A stretch of 64,000 bases of DNA from Eledone cirrhosa (lineage: Eukaryota): positions 50,592,001 through 50,656,000 of the forward strand of contig OZ024750.1 of assembly GCA_964016885.1 (NCBI GenBank). The letters run 5' to 3'. Every line of letters begins with the position of its first letter. Position 1 is the stretch's first letter. Of the stretch, positions 31,361 to 46,387 are shown in pieces. The notes beneath the pieces were generated by a model. The model was not told where the DNA came from. It ran no database searches and saw nothing but the letters and a program-made list of their open reading frames with translations. The position numbers and the translations under genes were made by a program.

Positions 31361-31534
31361 AGATATGTATGTTTCTACCATTTCTTACTATATTTCAAAT
31401 AATTCCATCAGACTTTACATCTTTAGTACGATTCTCATCTTCATTTTCTCCATTAATCACGCCAACATTACATTTGTTTATATATGCAATATCTAAAAAA
31501 TTCCTCTCTCCACTGCTACTAACTGTCAATAAAT

Positions 31535-31591
<57 letters not shown>

Positions 31592-31692
31592 GTATTGAAA
31601 TTTCCGTTGAAAACAGAAAAGGTCATAGAAGTGAAGAGTGCTCTATGTAAGTATCAGAGCAAAATTTAATGTATAAAAATCAATACAATATA

Positions 31693-31770
31693 ATTACCTC
31701 ATTACCAGAGGTTTCCCGAATGAGGCGAATACGAAAGAAACGTCTTCATTAGTTCGTCAGACGAGGCAAT
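31693..31770 (-). ncRNA. Type I hammerhead ribozyme with 10 bp stem I
   Basis: ATTGCCTCGT-CTGACGA-...aatga...tcatt..-GAAA-CC(TCT)GG-TA-ATGAGGTAAT; degenerate relative at 55329-55398(-). Confidence 0.8.
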
Positions 31771-32113
31771 ATAAAACATGGGTAAATACTTGGAAAGTCT
31801 CATAAAAAAAAGTAAAAAAAACAAAAAAGATATAGAATTAGAAGATGAAATATATAATAATCTTTCAAGAAATATAGTTAGGTGTGTGTATATGTATATA
31901 CGCTCACAGATGTGCATATACGTGTATGCACATATGTATACGTATAGTGAAAAAGTGTGCGTAAATATATAATTCAGGGCAAATGTATCTGTATGTCTGT
32001 AATCTACAGACAGAATAGATACATCATAAGAATATGAAGGCACGCGCATAAACACACCTACACACACGTACACTTAGATGCGGAAGTAAAAGAGGTAAGG
32101 GAGTGTAATAATA

Positions 32114-32264
<151 letters not shown>

Positions 32265-32743
32265 CATTACACACACGCACATATATATAGAGTTTACTTT
32301 CGTGATTTATTGAAAGTTAGTTGTGGTGGAGAGAAGAATTGTTTAGATAGTGCATATGGTAGGATCTAGCTCTGTCGAAACGGCCGGAGCTCAGCCGGCG
32401 GGGTTCTAAAATGTTTCATATATATATATATATAAATTCGTTTTCAAATATATAAACTGGAAAGGTGTAGGTGAAAATACGGTAATTTATTATAATAATC
32501 TCTACACACAGCTACATTTAATATTTAAAAAGAAACATTTATATTTACTCCTACTGTGTTAGATTAATAAACACGTGGAACAAATTATTCATTAAAATAT
32601 GTTACCAAACACTTATTTACATCATACTTTGATTTATAATTGTTTCATCCTCGTGGGAATTATTCAAATTGATCGTTGATGACTTTGCAGTTTTGTAATA
32701 AGCTTGAGTAATTATCGGTGAGTTTTCTTAGAACATGTTATAT

Positions 32744-32930
32744 AATTGTTTCTACTTATGGCACAATGTCAGCAATTACCCAGTACATTACTGGTACTTT
32801 ATTTTATCGACACCGTAAGGATGAAAGGCAAAGTTAACCTCGGCGGGATTTGAACTCAGACCGTAAAGAGACATAACTATGCTAGAAAGTATGGCGTCTG
32901 ACTCTCTACTGACACTGAAAATACACCGCC
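32744..32930 (-). mobile_element. SINE family B
   Basis: Reverse complement of 11721-11910. Confidence 0.9.
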
Positions 32931-33464
32931 ATTTTGGACAGTATAATGGCAGAAGTTCAGTACAGTATTAACATAGGCACTACTTTTGTACAGAAGCCTT
33001 TGTAATCGACTGGATATAACCTCGACTGACTTTATCAGAAAATTAGGCGGTATTTAGGACAATACATGACGAATGCCTTCTTGCAATTGTGTGAGACGTT
33101 TTGGTTTTGAGCTATAAACTCTTTCCTTCGCCCACCCCGCATAAAAAAATCGCATGGCAACGTCAGCGTTTCTTGCTCGTTATTCCTGTGGACCTCGACA
33201 ACCCGGCCAACGTCATGGAAATTGGGCGCCATCTTGCATAAATATGATGTCATTGAAGTTGTGCCAAGAGGTCGTAGTGGGCCAAAATTTAGTGAATTTT
33301 AATAGGGGATTTCCTATATATGCACGATTGTTAGAAAGACAGATCGAGGTTTGTACATATATATATACATATATGTGTGTGTGTCTCTGTGTCTGTGTCT
33401 GTGTGTGTGTGTGTATCCCGGGTTATATTGGGGGTAACCACAGAAAGTAAGGTGCTCAATACAT

Positions 33465-33605
33465 AGCAGAGTATAACTATATAATATAGAAATTGCTTCT
33501 ACAGGAGAAGAACTGTTTCATTCGGAGGAAATCATCAGGAAAGCCCTGATGATTTCCTCCACATGAAACAGTTCTAGTCCTATAGAAGCTATTTTTATAT
33601 TAAAT
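33465..33605. repeat. Fold-back palindrome containing CTGATGA...GAAACAG (degenerate hammerhead)
   Basis: gaactgtttcat..ggaggaaatcatcagg / cctgatgatttcctcc..atgaaacagttc. Confidence 0.7.
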
Positions 33606-33849
33606 ATATTTAAATATATATGATTTCATATCGAAAACCTTGCAAAACAAATTATATATATATATATAGGAAAAAGTATGACCCCGACAGCAGAGCTCAA
33701 GCCTTTACGACGTCTATTTCAAGCCGTTTCGAAACAGCTTGAACTCTGCCGTCGGGGTCAATCTTTTTCCTATTACCCACTCTACTACCCTAAGTATTGA
33801 GTACTCTGGTGCATTATGGTCCATCTGGTTCCTTACCACAATGCCTTCG

Positions 33850-33889
<40 letters not shown>

Positions 33890-33945
33890 TAAGCAAAACA
33901 ATGAAATAAAAACAAACAAGTTTCTTCTATATATATATATATAAT

Positions 33946-35650
<1,705 letters not shown>

Positions 35651-36003
35651 AGGAAACATTTTAAATAGTCTATTTGATATATAATTTCGGAAGACATAAA
35701 AGAAAACTGTTTTTATTATTATTTCATGATCTACACTAAAATATATCGGATGATGTATTATGTAACTAGTGAAACTGTGTGCAGCTATCTCCTTCATTTC
35801 TTATTCCATTAACGTTGGACTGATATCTGAAATATATGGGAATTGCTTTTCCCAGGAATGAAAATTTAATGCTTTTATTTTAACAAGGAATTTAAGAAAA
35901 ACTTACACATGTTTCATTTGTGTTCATATAACCGTTATTCTACAGTGTAACAGTTTATATCGGTGGTTGGAATAACTATATGATTCATCACAGCTATGTG
36001 TGC

Positions 36004-36157
<154 letters not shown>

Positions 36158-36177
36158 ACGCACACACACACATACAC

Positions 36178-36211
<34 letters not shown>

Positions 36212-36214
<3 letters not shown>

Positions 36215-36489
36215 TGGTTCCCCAAATTTTCATCGTATGCTGTGATTGAAGTTTTAAATCTAGGAACCAATTTTGGTTGAATAAACATTTAGAAAGCATT
36301 GAACATGGCAGAAGTTTTGTGCATTCTGATACTACGTAAATTAAATCGTAGTAGAATTGTCATATATTTCATGAAAGTTTGTCTTAGAAAAAATTTGAAA
36401 ATGCTACGATAATATGATAGGGGACCGCAAGGCATCCACAAAATGGTAAGGGGAACGCTGAGGAAAAATATGGAAAAGTTTGGGAACCA

Positions 36490-36492
<3 letters not shown>
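36212..36492. mobile_element. hAT (Charlie/MER5-like) MITE
   Basis: TIRs CAGTGGTTCCCCAAA / TTTGGGAACCACTG, inserted in (TA)n (compatible with an 8 bp TSD). Confidence 0.85.
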
Positions 36493-36536
<44 letters not shown>

Positions 36537-36766
36537 AATGTAGAAGAGTAACACACGAATTGATATATATAAAAAACAATTAGTAGAAAGGAAAAATATT
36601 TTTTTAGTAGAAAATGCTGAAGAGATTCTTTCAGTGTAATATCAAAACATTTATTTATTTATAAAGTGGATATTTCCGCATTTAATAAATGTACCGGCTT
36701 CGGCATTATATGCATCGTCAACTGCGGATAGGCATAATATGGTTTAAGTTCCATATTTAAACAAAA

Positions 36767-36954
36767 AATTGTTTCTACTTTAGGCACAAGGCCAGCAATT
36801 ACCCAGTGCATTACTGGTACTTCTATTTTATCGACCCCGTAAGGATGAAAGGCAAAGTCAACCTCGGCGGGATTTGAACTCAGATCGTAAAGGGACGTAA
36901 CTATGATGGAAAGCATGGCGTCCGACCCTCTACCGATACTGCCAATCCACCGCC
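36767..36954 (-). mobile_element. SINE family B
   Basis: Full length; tatttaaacaaa TSD-like flanks. Confidence 0.92.
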
Positions 36955-37439
36955 CCTTATTATTTAAACAAATAATAATAATCAAAAGGGGAAGAAAAAT
37001 TATTCATTTTTACATACATATTTTGAACAGTTCATATCTGTCCGTGTTTGTCCTTCTTTCTGTTAGTTGGCTAACAGAAGTGTTAATATATAAATATATA
37101 TAGTATTCATGCAGTGATCAACCCAGAGCGGAAGCTTGCTCTATTTACTCCATCATGACTTTAGGTGGTGTGCATGTGATGTTACGTATGTGTGTGTGCG
37201 TATACGTGTGTGTTTGTGTCTTTGTGTGTTACTACCACAACAAGTTTATGTGGCCCTGTATGTATATGTCTCTTTATGTCTTGTTTTTGCTCCAATCTTT
37301 TGTGCCCATGAGTGTGTGTGTGTGTGTTTAATTATCTCTACCACTTGCCACTAGTTATTATTCTGTTCCTGAATTCTATCGAGAGGGGGTTTATATCTGC
37401 TTCATTTCCTATTACATGTCCGTATATTGTCATCTCCTT

Positions 37440-37695
37440 CGATGAAAAGATGAAAGCCTACCTAGTGTGGTCATGTATCCCACCACAACTCCTTGTCTAA
37501 AACCATCCTTCAGAGCACAGAGAAGAAGAGGCCGTCAAAGAATGTATTGATCCGACAACATCAAAGACTTGACTGGTCGCAACACTGAGACCCTTCTGTG
37601 AATAACGGAGAATAGAGACCAGTGACAACGGTTAGCTGCGAAACTATCTAGTGGGCCACCCCAAGAACTGGTTGCACCAGTTGCGAGAAGATGAC
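37440..37695 (+). mobile_element. RTE LINE 3' fragment
   Basis: CGHVSHHNSLSKTILQ..RRRGRQR..*SDNIKDLTG..ENRDQ*. Confidence 0.7.
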
Positions 37696-37776
37696 ATAAA
37701 ATATTGCACTACGTCGCTAGGATGTGGTGTCAGTGTTAATGCATTCATTCTTTTTATTGGGGTTTTACTTTGTTAT

Positions 37777-38286
37777 ATGGGTCGTGCCCTTAATACGATC
37801 GTGGAAAAAGTACATAGCTAAAAAATATATGCAGGGATTTTGATCTCAATGCACCTGTATGTTCTCGTACTAACGTGTCATAACATGTTCTAACATGAAC
37901 CCTTAAATGTAGGTTGCAACGGGGCGCCGCCAGTCAGAAATCTTCATCCGCTCGAGCAGCAGGGTCTCCATCAATACATCAAATTCGTGGTGAAATTCGG
38001 GTGGAAGAGCAACCAAATCATTGATGCCCTGGAGCAAGTGTATGGGGAAATCAACAACCTACAAATGGATAAGTCGTTTTAGACGTGGAAGGGATGAGGT
38101 TGAAGATGTAACAACAGCTGCTTTGACGTGGTTTAAATCACAGTCCTCAGTTTTACAGATTGACTTAAAGGCTGGTATCAACACATGCAGAAGTCTATTG
38201 ACCTAGATGGAGCATATGTTGAAAAATAACATCATAACCTTTTTCCAACTGTCCTTTTTCCACGAACTTTTGGCGGCACCCTCGTA
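37777..38286 (+). mobile_element. Internally deleted mariner
   Basis: IKFVVKFGWKSNQIIDALEQVYG/KSTTYKWISRFRRGRDEVED (HTH) fused to the C-terminal DLDGAYVEK*; right TIR ...ttccacgaacttttggcggcaccctcgTA. Confidence 0.85.
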
Positions 38287-38420
38287 CGTCCGGGCATTGG
38301 TCTGTTCTGTAGATATTTTTTTTTCTTTATGTGAATATTTTCTAATGTTTTATTTTCACATGTTGGCAGAGCACTGACGAGTTTTCTCATTTTTGAGAAT
38401 ACCGAAACACACAAGCACAA

Positions 38421-38826
38421 TCACACATGCGTAAACACACAAACACTCTCACACATGCGTAAACACACAGACACACTCACACATGCGTAAACACACAAAC
38501 ACTCTCACACATGCGTAAACACACAAACACACTCACACATGCGTAAACACACAAACACTCTCACACATGCGTAAACACACAAACACACTCACACATGCGT
38601 AAACACACAAACACTCTCACACATGCGTAAACACACAAACACTCTCACACATGCGTAAACACACAAACACACTCACACATGCGTAAACACACAAACACTC
38701 TGACACATGCGCAAACACACAAACACTCTCACACATGCGCAAACACACAAACACTCTCACACATGCGTAAACACACAAACACTCTCACACATGCGCAAAC
38801 ACACAAACACTCTCACACATGCGTAA
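38421..38826. repeat. 28 bp minisatellite, ~14 copies
   Basis: Unit acacatgcgtaaacacacaaacactctc. Confidence 0.95.
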
Positions 38827-39218
38827 AAACTTGGAATAGAAACAAGATAAGAAGACACACGAATATATACATATACTCATACCTAAACATCTCTCTACTT
38901 CTGTCATCTTCTCATCTCTCTCCCTTTCACTTTCACTTACCCTCCCTCTCATCATCGCTCTGCCTTTCACCCCCTTCTTAAATCTTCTCACCCTTATACT
39001 GTCTCTCACCCCCCCCCCTCTCACTCTCTCTCTGATCCTTTCCTGCTTTCTCTCCTAATAGTACTTCTCATTGTACACTCTACTAGTGTCACACTGTTTC
39101 GGCCAGATAACATCATAAATGTCTACGGAAGATCATTTTAAAACTAAGAATTACTAGTCCCAACAACTGCAGTATCAGTCATGTTCTTTTCTATTGTCAT
39201 TACTGTATTTTCTTTAAG

Positions 39219-39403
39219 GGCGGTGGATTGGCAGTATCGGTAGAGGGTCGGACGCCATGCTTTACAGCATAGTTACGTCCCTTTACGATCTGAGTTCAAA
39301 TCCCGGCGAGGTTGACTTTGCCTTTCATCCTTACGGGGTCGATAAAATAAAAGTACCAGTAATGCACTGGGTAATTACTGGCCTTGTGCCTAAAGTAGAA
39401 ATG
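39219..39403 (+). mobile_element. SINE family B with 20 bp TSD
   Basis: TSD attactgtattttctttaag at 39199 and 39404. Confidence 0.93.
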
Positions 39404-39479
39404 ATTACTGTATTTTCTTTAAGCTCTGATCAATTGACAGGACTCATTCGCTTGCCGAGTGGGTTGGACCTCGTCAAAT

Positions 39480-39675
39480 CGGACCAAGGAAACTATGTTT
39501 CCATTGGTCTTTTTTTAATTTCTGATAATATCTACGGGCTGCACGTCCTGGCAGAAGGAGCAATGTGAAATAAAGTATCTTTCTCAAGGACTCAACACAT
39601 CTCCCAGTTTGAGAATTTGATAGCAACCTCCTGATAACAAATCTAGCTCTAACCACTAAGCCACACACCTTCACA
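39480..39675 (-). mobile_element. tRNA-headed SINE (family C), degenerate
   Basis: Reverse reads gaaggtgtgtggcttagtggttagag...ttgagtccttgagaaagatactttatttcacattgctcc. Confidence 0.7.
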
Positions 39676-40125
39676 GTATTAATGAGTTTTTAGTCTGGCC
39701 AGTATCGACTGCCGCCCCCTGGTCATTAAGGTAACTAGCAGAAAAACCACCGTTCAGGTGGTTTTCTGCTAGTATGTGTAGTGTGTATATTGATATTATA
39801 CGCAGGTATATATACATGTAGATATGATACATCAAATAAAATCGTAATTGACAATATATAATACATAGAAATTGAACGAAGACTGTGTTACACTGTATTA
39901 TGTAATCAGTAATGTAATCAATGATACATTAATAAAGACGATATTATATATAAACTGCATTAGGAGAAAATTAGTGACAGAAAATGAATATGTTTATTTA
40001 AGCGATGACCAACCGGAAGTGTTGACATTTCAGAAATATTAAAGAAGTGAATCTTTAAATAAACAAAATATATTTATTCAACAGCCACGAAATTCAGTAG
40101 ATAAATTATGTAATATTCATTCATG

Positions 40126-40303
40126 GTAGTATCAGTAGAGGGTCGGACGCCATGCTTTCCATCATAGTTATGTCCCTTTACGATCTGAGTTCAAATCCCG
40201 CCGAGGTTGACTTTGCCTTTCATCCTTACGGTGTCGATAAAATAAAGTACCAGTAATGCACTGGGTAATTTGCTGGCCTTGTGCCTAAAGTAGAAACAAT
40301 TAT
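40126..40303 (+). mobile_element. SINE family B
   Basis: Identity to 11721-11910. Confidence 0.9.
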
Positions 40304-40624
40304 TTATTCAAAGTAATCCAACTTATTTTACTAATGTGATAAAAAATTATAAACCGTACGCAGTCCCGCGCTCCTTATTTTACTATAGTTTAGATTTTGA
40401 TAGGCTCTAGCACGTCAACCCCTTCAACCACCATTACAGCAAAACAAGTAATGGCGGGATGAGGGTATTAGTAGAAAGTTTCGGAGACTTCTAGAATTTA
40501 GTCTAGTCAGGCGTAATACCGACCTGGATATTGTCTTTATACTCGTCATGTTTGCAACGTCACAATCAGCTCCGTTTTTTGTTTTAGTAACAACAATACA
40601 CCATTACTACCATATCAACCAACC

Positions 40625-40800
40625 AGTATCGGTAGAGGGTCGGACGCCATGCTTTCCAGCATAGTTACGTCCCTTTACAATCTGAGTTCAAATCCCGCCG
40701 AGGTTGACTTTGCCTTTCATCCTTACGGGGTCGATAAAATAAAGTACCAGTAATGCACTGGGTAATTGCTGGCCTTGTGCCTAAAGTAGAAACAATTATT
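40625..40800 (+). mobile_element. SINE family B
   Basis: Identity to 11721-11910. Confidence 0.9.
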
Positions 40801-41139
40801 ACCATAACAACCATTATCTTCTCTACAAAGACATTCCTTATCAAATGAAGTCGAACTTATAGGGATTTTATGAAACCCTGTTGCAGGAATTCTTACTTCT
40901 CGTCCACCACATAACAATATTTGACAACGACACCATATATTGGCAAACGTTCTTCCATTTAATAGCAATGGCAGGTAGCAGGGTGAACCTTTAAGATGAT
41001 CTTGGATGACAATACATCCATCTTACACAACAATACAAATTTTAAACACAAAAACGTCGAAGCTCTGAACGTCTGCATGAACAATGATTTTGTTGTTTTC
41101 TGACTATCTACAGGCCATGACTGGCTATTATATAATAAA

Positions 41140-41330
41140 GGCGGTGGATTGGGAGTCTCGGTAAAGGGTCGGACGCCATGCTTTCCAGCATAGTTACGTC
41201 CCTTAACGATCTGAGTTCAAATCCCGCCGAGGTTGACTTTGCCTTTCATCCTTACGGGGTTGATAAAATAAAGTACCAGTAATGTACTGGGTAATTGCTG
41301 GCCTTGTGCCAAAAGTAGAAACAATTATTA
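41140..41330 (+). mobile_element. SINE family B
   Basis: Identity to 11721-11910. Confidence 0.9.
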
Positions 41331-41548
41331 ATATTATTGTTGATGTATTCTATCGGCTACTTTGCCATGCGGCGACCCTCTCCCTCTATGATGGCTATCC
41401 CCTCTCTATCTCTATCTCTATGATGGCTACCCTCTCTCTATCGTTCCAGTCATCCATCTTGACGGCGACCCTCTCTTCCTACCTCACAATTCTCATAGTG
41501 ACTTCCATTTGTAATTCTAATACAGTTTAATTTGTATATTAAAATATA

Positions 41549-41700
41549 TGAAGGCACGTGGCTGAGTGGTTAGAGAATTGAATTTGTAATCGTGAGGCTG
41601 TGATTTCGATTCCTAGGTTAGATGATGTGTTATGTGCTTGAGCAAGACACTTTATTTCACGTTGCTCCTGCTTTCTGGATATTCGAACAACAGGTAGTAT
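41549..41700 (+). mobile_element. SINE family C head
   Basis: A box tggctgagtggtt, B box atttcgattcc, then ttgagcaagacactttatttcacgttgctcc. Confidence 0.75.
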
Positions 41701-42154
41701 TAGCAATTGGAAAAAGCAATGGAAACATTGTTTCCTCGGTCTGATTTGTTGAGCTCCACCCCACCCGTTAAATAAAGTATGTCTGGTATATTGTCGATCG
41801 ACTGTCGATATATATGACATTAAACATTCTTTATTGCATGACAAATACGTTTTAACTCAAATTAATCTACTAACTTCGTTTACCTCAGTTCTCTTCTAAG
41901 ATGACTTAATTTACACCGCAATTACCTTTCATTATACAAGAGCATATCATTACACATTTAAACTGCGTATTATATGTTTTATAAAGTTTATATATTTTAT
42001 ACATTATAGATATTATGTAAAAATGTATTGCTTTTATTATAAGTGATTATACAAACTACTTTAGAAATTATCAAAATATTTACTTTCGAGACTGTTATTA
42101 ATCATATCATAAACCATATATATATATATAGATAGATAGATAGATATATACTAC

Positions 42155-42995
42155 ATTAGATTAAAGATGCAATGTCTGAGAATATCAGAAGAATATGCCA
42201 TATCACATGTGGAATAAACTCAAGGATTCCAAGTAATAAAGCTGAGCATTTATTAACATTAGATTAAAAGTCGAATGACATATATATATAAAATAAACAC
42301 ATCAAACAATTACAGGGAATAATTTGTAAAGAGTGTAAACACACATAGTTGTGGACGTAACATATCAAAAATTAACAAAAACCTTGGATATAGATACCTT
42401 GCAATAATGATCAATCTCCTTTGTATATATTCCATTGAAGAAATATATTTCACCATTAATCGGTGTATCATAGGTGTCAAATCTTGGATCATCAGCAAAG
42501 TAGAAGATTTAACTATCTATGATTACACACTAAAGGCAAATCAGAGAATAACGACGAAAAACACATGTGGTTTTAAAAAAAACACATGTGGTTTTAAAAA
42601 AAACACATCGCACCACTGTCAAGCCAGTGGTGTGAATTAGGGTTATCGACAGCTAGAAATAGCAGCCGAGTCATTTCAATATAAAAAACTCTACTAATAG
42701 AATACTTAGAAGTCGTAATTACTAACAAAATTAGATTAAAGAAGCCATGTGCCATATCACCTGTGGAATAAGTTCAAAGATTCCAAGTAATATATCCGAG
42801 CATTCATTAACATTAAATTAAAAGTCGAATGACATATACAATAGCGTGTAATCATAGATAATTGAATCTTCTCCTTTGCTCGGATTTATTACTTGGAATC
42901 TTTGAACTTATTCCACAGGTGGTATGGCGCATGCTTCGGAAATTCTCAGACATATCATGTTTAATCTAATTTACGGCTCCTAAGTATTTTATTTA
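42155..42995. repeat. Direct (42155-42290 / 42730-42840) plus inverted (42845-42995) duplication
   Basis: gccatatcacctgtggaataa...attccaagtaata present three times. Confidence 0.8.
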
Positions 42996-43074
42996 GATTT
43001 AAATAAGTTGGTGTGTTGGCGGAATAGCGTCCAGATTTTGGCGAAGTATAAAAGAGCAGACAGAACACCTGATC

Positions 43075-44030
43075 TATACACACACACCTTGGTATTGTTG
43101 GTAATGTTGCGATTTGCCCAAACTCTCTTTTCCAATTTTCAGAGCCTTCTGGATGCGCAGATGTACTTCAGCATTTAAGGAGCCATCATTTGAAAGTGTG
43201 CTACGCAAGTAGACAAATTAATCTACTACTCCCAGCCTGGTTCCACAACCATGATATTGGGTTCAGTATATGGTTCTTTAGGAGCAGGGGTATCTGGTCT
43301 TTTTAAGGCTGATTGTAAGCCCAACTGCTGTATATGAAGATGAGAAACGGTCCATAATGTGTTGCATGTCAGCTTCTGTGTGTGCTAGGAAATCAGCATC
43401 CTAAAGAAGGTCTCTGAACAGAGCTTGAAACGGTTTTGTCTTGGTATTAAACTTTCTAGTGATTCTGAACCGTAAGAGAATGCCTCTGTCACAATCATTG
43501 AAAGCATGTTTGAGCAAGATGGAGAAGATGGAGAAAAGCATAGGTGTAAGAATATCACATTGCTTTACCCCGTTGTCAATTAGGATTTCCTCAGATAGTT
43601 GTCCATTGAAGGTAACCCAAGCTTTCATATTTCGGAGCAGCTGCTTTAGCACACTCACAAACTTTTCCAAGTATTATCCAAAGTGCATCTCTGTTAACTG
43701 TGCCAAAGGCCTTCGTTAGGTCGACAAAGACTTGATATAGAGGGACACACTGCTCAATACTCTTGTATTTGTCTTACAGAGAAAATCATGCCAACTGTTA
43801 CCCTTCCACCTCTAAAGCCACTCTGTGATTCTGCGATAGCTGTAAGGCAGATATCCTCCTCCAGTCTGTTGAGTAAAAGTCTTGCGAGAACCTTGACAAC
43901 AGCTCCCAACAAAGTGATGCCACGGTAGTTTCAACATATCGATTTTTCACCTTTGTCTTCGTATAATTACAACAGAGAACCGTTGATCCAGTCTTATCCA
44001 TTCCAGCAAACAAGGATGAAGTTGTTTATT
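43075..44030 (-). mobile_element. RTE-BovB LINE reverse transcriptase, decayed
   Basis: NYRGITLL..KVLARLLLNRL..AESQSGFRGGR..FVDLTKAF..NGVKQC..P.LFSIF..LFRDLL*DADFLAH..GLTISLKKT..FVYL.STLS. Confidence 0.92.
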
Positions 44031-44214
44031 GCTTTTGTTACATTATCACATACATACAAACATACATACATACATATATACATACATACACAAATACATA
44101 CATACATGCATACATACATACACAAATACATACATACATGCATATATACATACAATTTATATGTACATACACGTATTTCATACATAGATACATGCATGTG
44201 TAAATACATACATA

Positions 44215-44607
44215 CATGGTGGCTGCCAACTCGTTTGCGAGTACGACCACTACTTTATATCCATGTAGGAGAACCCCTACCGATGCGCTGAACGAGTGTG
44301 ACTTTTTAGTCCAGCCAGCGACTTGAAAACTCTGGTACAAACACTACACTTGTGACAATTATTGACACATAGTGCTGGGCCCCTGGTACCATGTGACGAC
44401 AAGTGCAGAGAGATCTCCAGATATAAAGCAATGCCTGTGCCGTGAAGCTTTTATACTGAGCAAAGGCACTGCACAAAGCCAGTCCCACTCTCTTAACCAA
44501 GATGATATTTACCTAAACGAAGAACAAGTCAACATCATTGGATACCATCAGGGTTGCAGGTGTTATATCAGAGTTTTCCTTCTCCTAGAATTCTGCCTTG
44601 ACAAAGG
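44215..44607 (-). mobile_element. Family A copy (5' truncated)
   Basis: Identity to 45692-46085. Confidence 0.88.
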
Positions 44608-44672
44608 CATACATACATACATACATACATACATACATACATACATACATACATACATACATACATACATAC

Positions 44673-44806
44673 ATGATGGCTGCCCCCTCGTAATCGAGTA
44701 TGGCCATTGCTCGAGGAGAAAAAAAACAATAAAAAATAAAAAATAAAAATAAATAAAAAATAAAAATTAATAAATAAATAAAAAATAAAATAAAAATAAA
44801 AATAAG

Positions 44807-44847
<41 letters not shown>

Positions 44848-45668
44848 CACATACATACATACACACACACATATATACACACACATATACATTAATAACA
44901 ATAATAATAATAACAACAATAATAATAACGACAACAACAATAATAATAGACATATACATATATATATATACACATACACGCACATACATAAACATATCTA
45001 TACACACACGATAGCAACTAACAGTGCTGCGATCGAATGTGGCTTTTTAGCCCAGCCAATGATCTAAAATGTCTTGCACAGAGTCGGCAACCAAAACATT
45101 CACTGGGAATAGCCGGCTGTGGTTGGAGTTCGTGTACTTTTGCATGTCGTTTGAGCCCCCCTGCTGATTTACATTCTCTACCACATACTTGGCAAGCATG
45201 ATGAGTAGCATCTCCAACAGCAGCCTGGTAGTCAACCACTGGTCTTACTTTATGACTGCGAAGATGACTTTCGAGTCCAGCTTTGCTTAGGCAGAGTCTC
45301 GCACAGACGCTGCATGTCAGCACCATAGGAGGACCCTCGCCGTCTGGAAGTGCAACAGCAATGCCCTTCCTCACATCCCGCTTTACTTTCTCGTATGCGA
45401 TTCGAGATGCCTCAAAGGCAACTGTTCCCTCATATACAGTCTTTCTCCATTTATTACGATCAGCAGCAATATTTTCCCATGTATCAGCAGAGATGTTAGC
45501 GTCTTTCAGAGAGGCTTTCAAGGAATACTTATACCTCTTTTTTGGTTTATGTGGCGGTCGTTTTCCTTTAACCAACTCTCCATAGAAGAGTTGTTTTGGT
45601 ATTCTAGAATCCTTTATCCTGGCAAGGTGACCACTCCAACGGAGTCGTTGCTTAAGCACAAAAGCTTC
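44673..45668 (-). mobile_element. RTE-BovB LINE 3' end with three C2H2 zinc fingers and (ATGT)n tail
   Basis: RLRWSGHLARIKDSRIPKQLFYGEL..GKR...CSVCARLCLSKAGLESHLRSH..CQVCGRECKSAGGLKRHAKVH..CRLCARHFRSLAGLKSHIRSQH*. Confidence 0.92.
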
Positions 45669-45691
45669 TATACATACATACATACATACAT

Positions 45692-46312
45692 ACATGGTGG
45701 CTGCCAACTCGTTTTCGAGTACGGCCACTACTTTATATCCATGTAGGAGAACCCCTACCGATGCGCTGAACGAATGTGACTTTAGTCCAGCCAGCGACTT
45801 GAAAACTCTGGTACAAACACTACACTTGTGACAATTATTGACACATAGTGCTAGGCCCATGGTACCATGTGACGAAAAGTGCAGAGAGATCTCCAGATAT
45901 AAAGCAATGCCTGTGCCGTGTAGCTTTTATAGTGAGCAAAGGCACTGCACAAAGCCAGTCCCACTCTCTTAACCAAGATGATATTTACCAAAAAGAAGAA
46001 CAAGTCAACATCATTGGATACCATCAGAGTTGCAGGTGTTACATCAGAGTTTTCCTTCTCCTAGAATTCTGCCTTGACAAAGGCTAAGGGGTCATCTCTC
46101 CCGGTGATTTTGGATGGCCATTAACTCTTAAGAGCTCCTTTGCCCTTTGACAGGTTTTGTTTTTAGTCCTGCAGGATGTCCAAAGTCACCCTCCTCACCA
46201 AGAAACCTTGGTGGGGTTGCCAGTTTAGTCGCCAACGACCCGACCATGAGACAGGTTGTACTAGGATACATGTTACCAGTAGCACCAAGTGGTGACCTGA
46301 CATAGTGGTGAC
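45692..46312 (-). mobile_element. Family A copy
   Basis: Full bipartite structure between (ATAC)n tracts. Confidence 0.88.
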
Positions 46313-46387
46313 CATACATACATACATACATACATACATACATACATACATACATACATACATACATACATACATAAATACATACTT

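Noticed and set aside
33100-33300. CpG-richer patch with RFX-like (catggcaac) and YY1-like (cgccatcttg) motifs
   Set aside because: Short motifs with no associated gene; such motifs are common inside DNA transposon remnants
38421-38826. 28 bp repeat array of CRISPR-like unit length
   Set aside because: Head-to-tail units with no unique spacers; eukaryotic context; no cas genes
40800-41080. Non-repetitive stretch with short ORFs
   Set aside because: No recognisable domain or convincing splice pair; the ORF runs into a SINE
45018-45320. Host C2H2 zinc-finger gene
   Set aside because: Fingers are in frame with RTE C-terminal motifs, lack TGEKP linkers and are followed by a LINE tail
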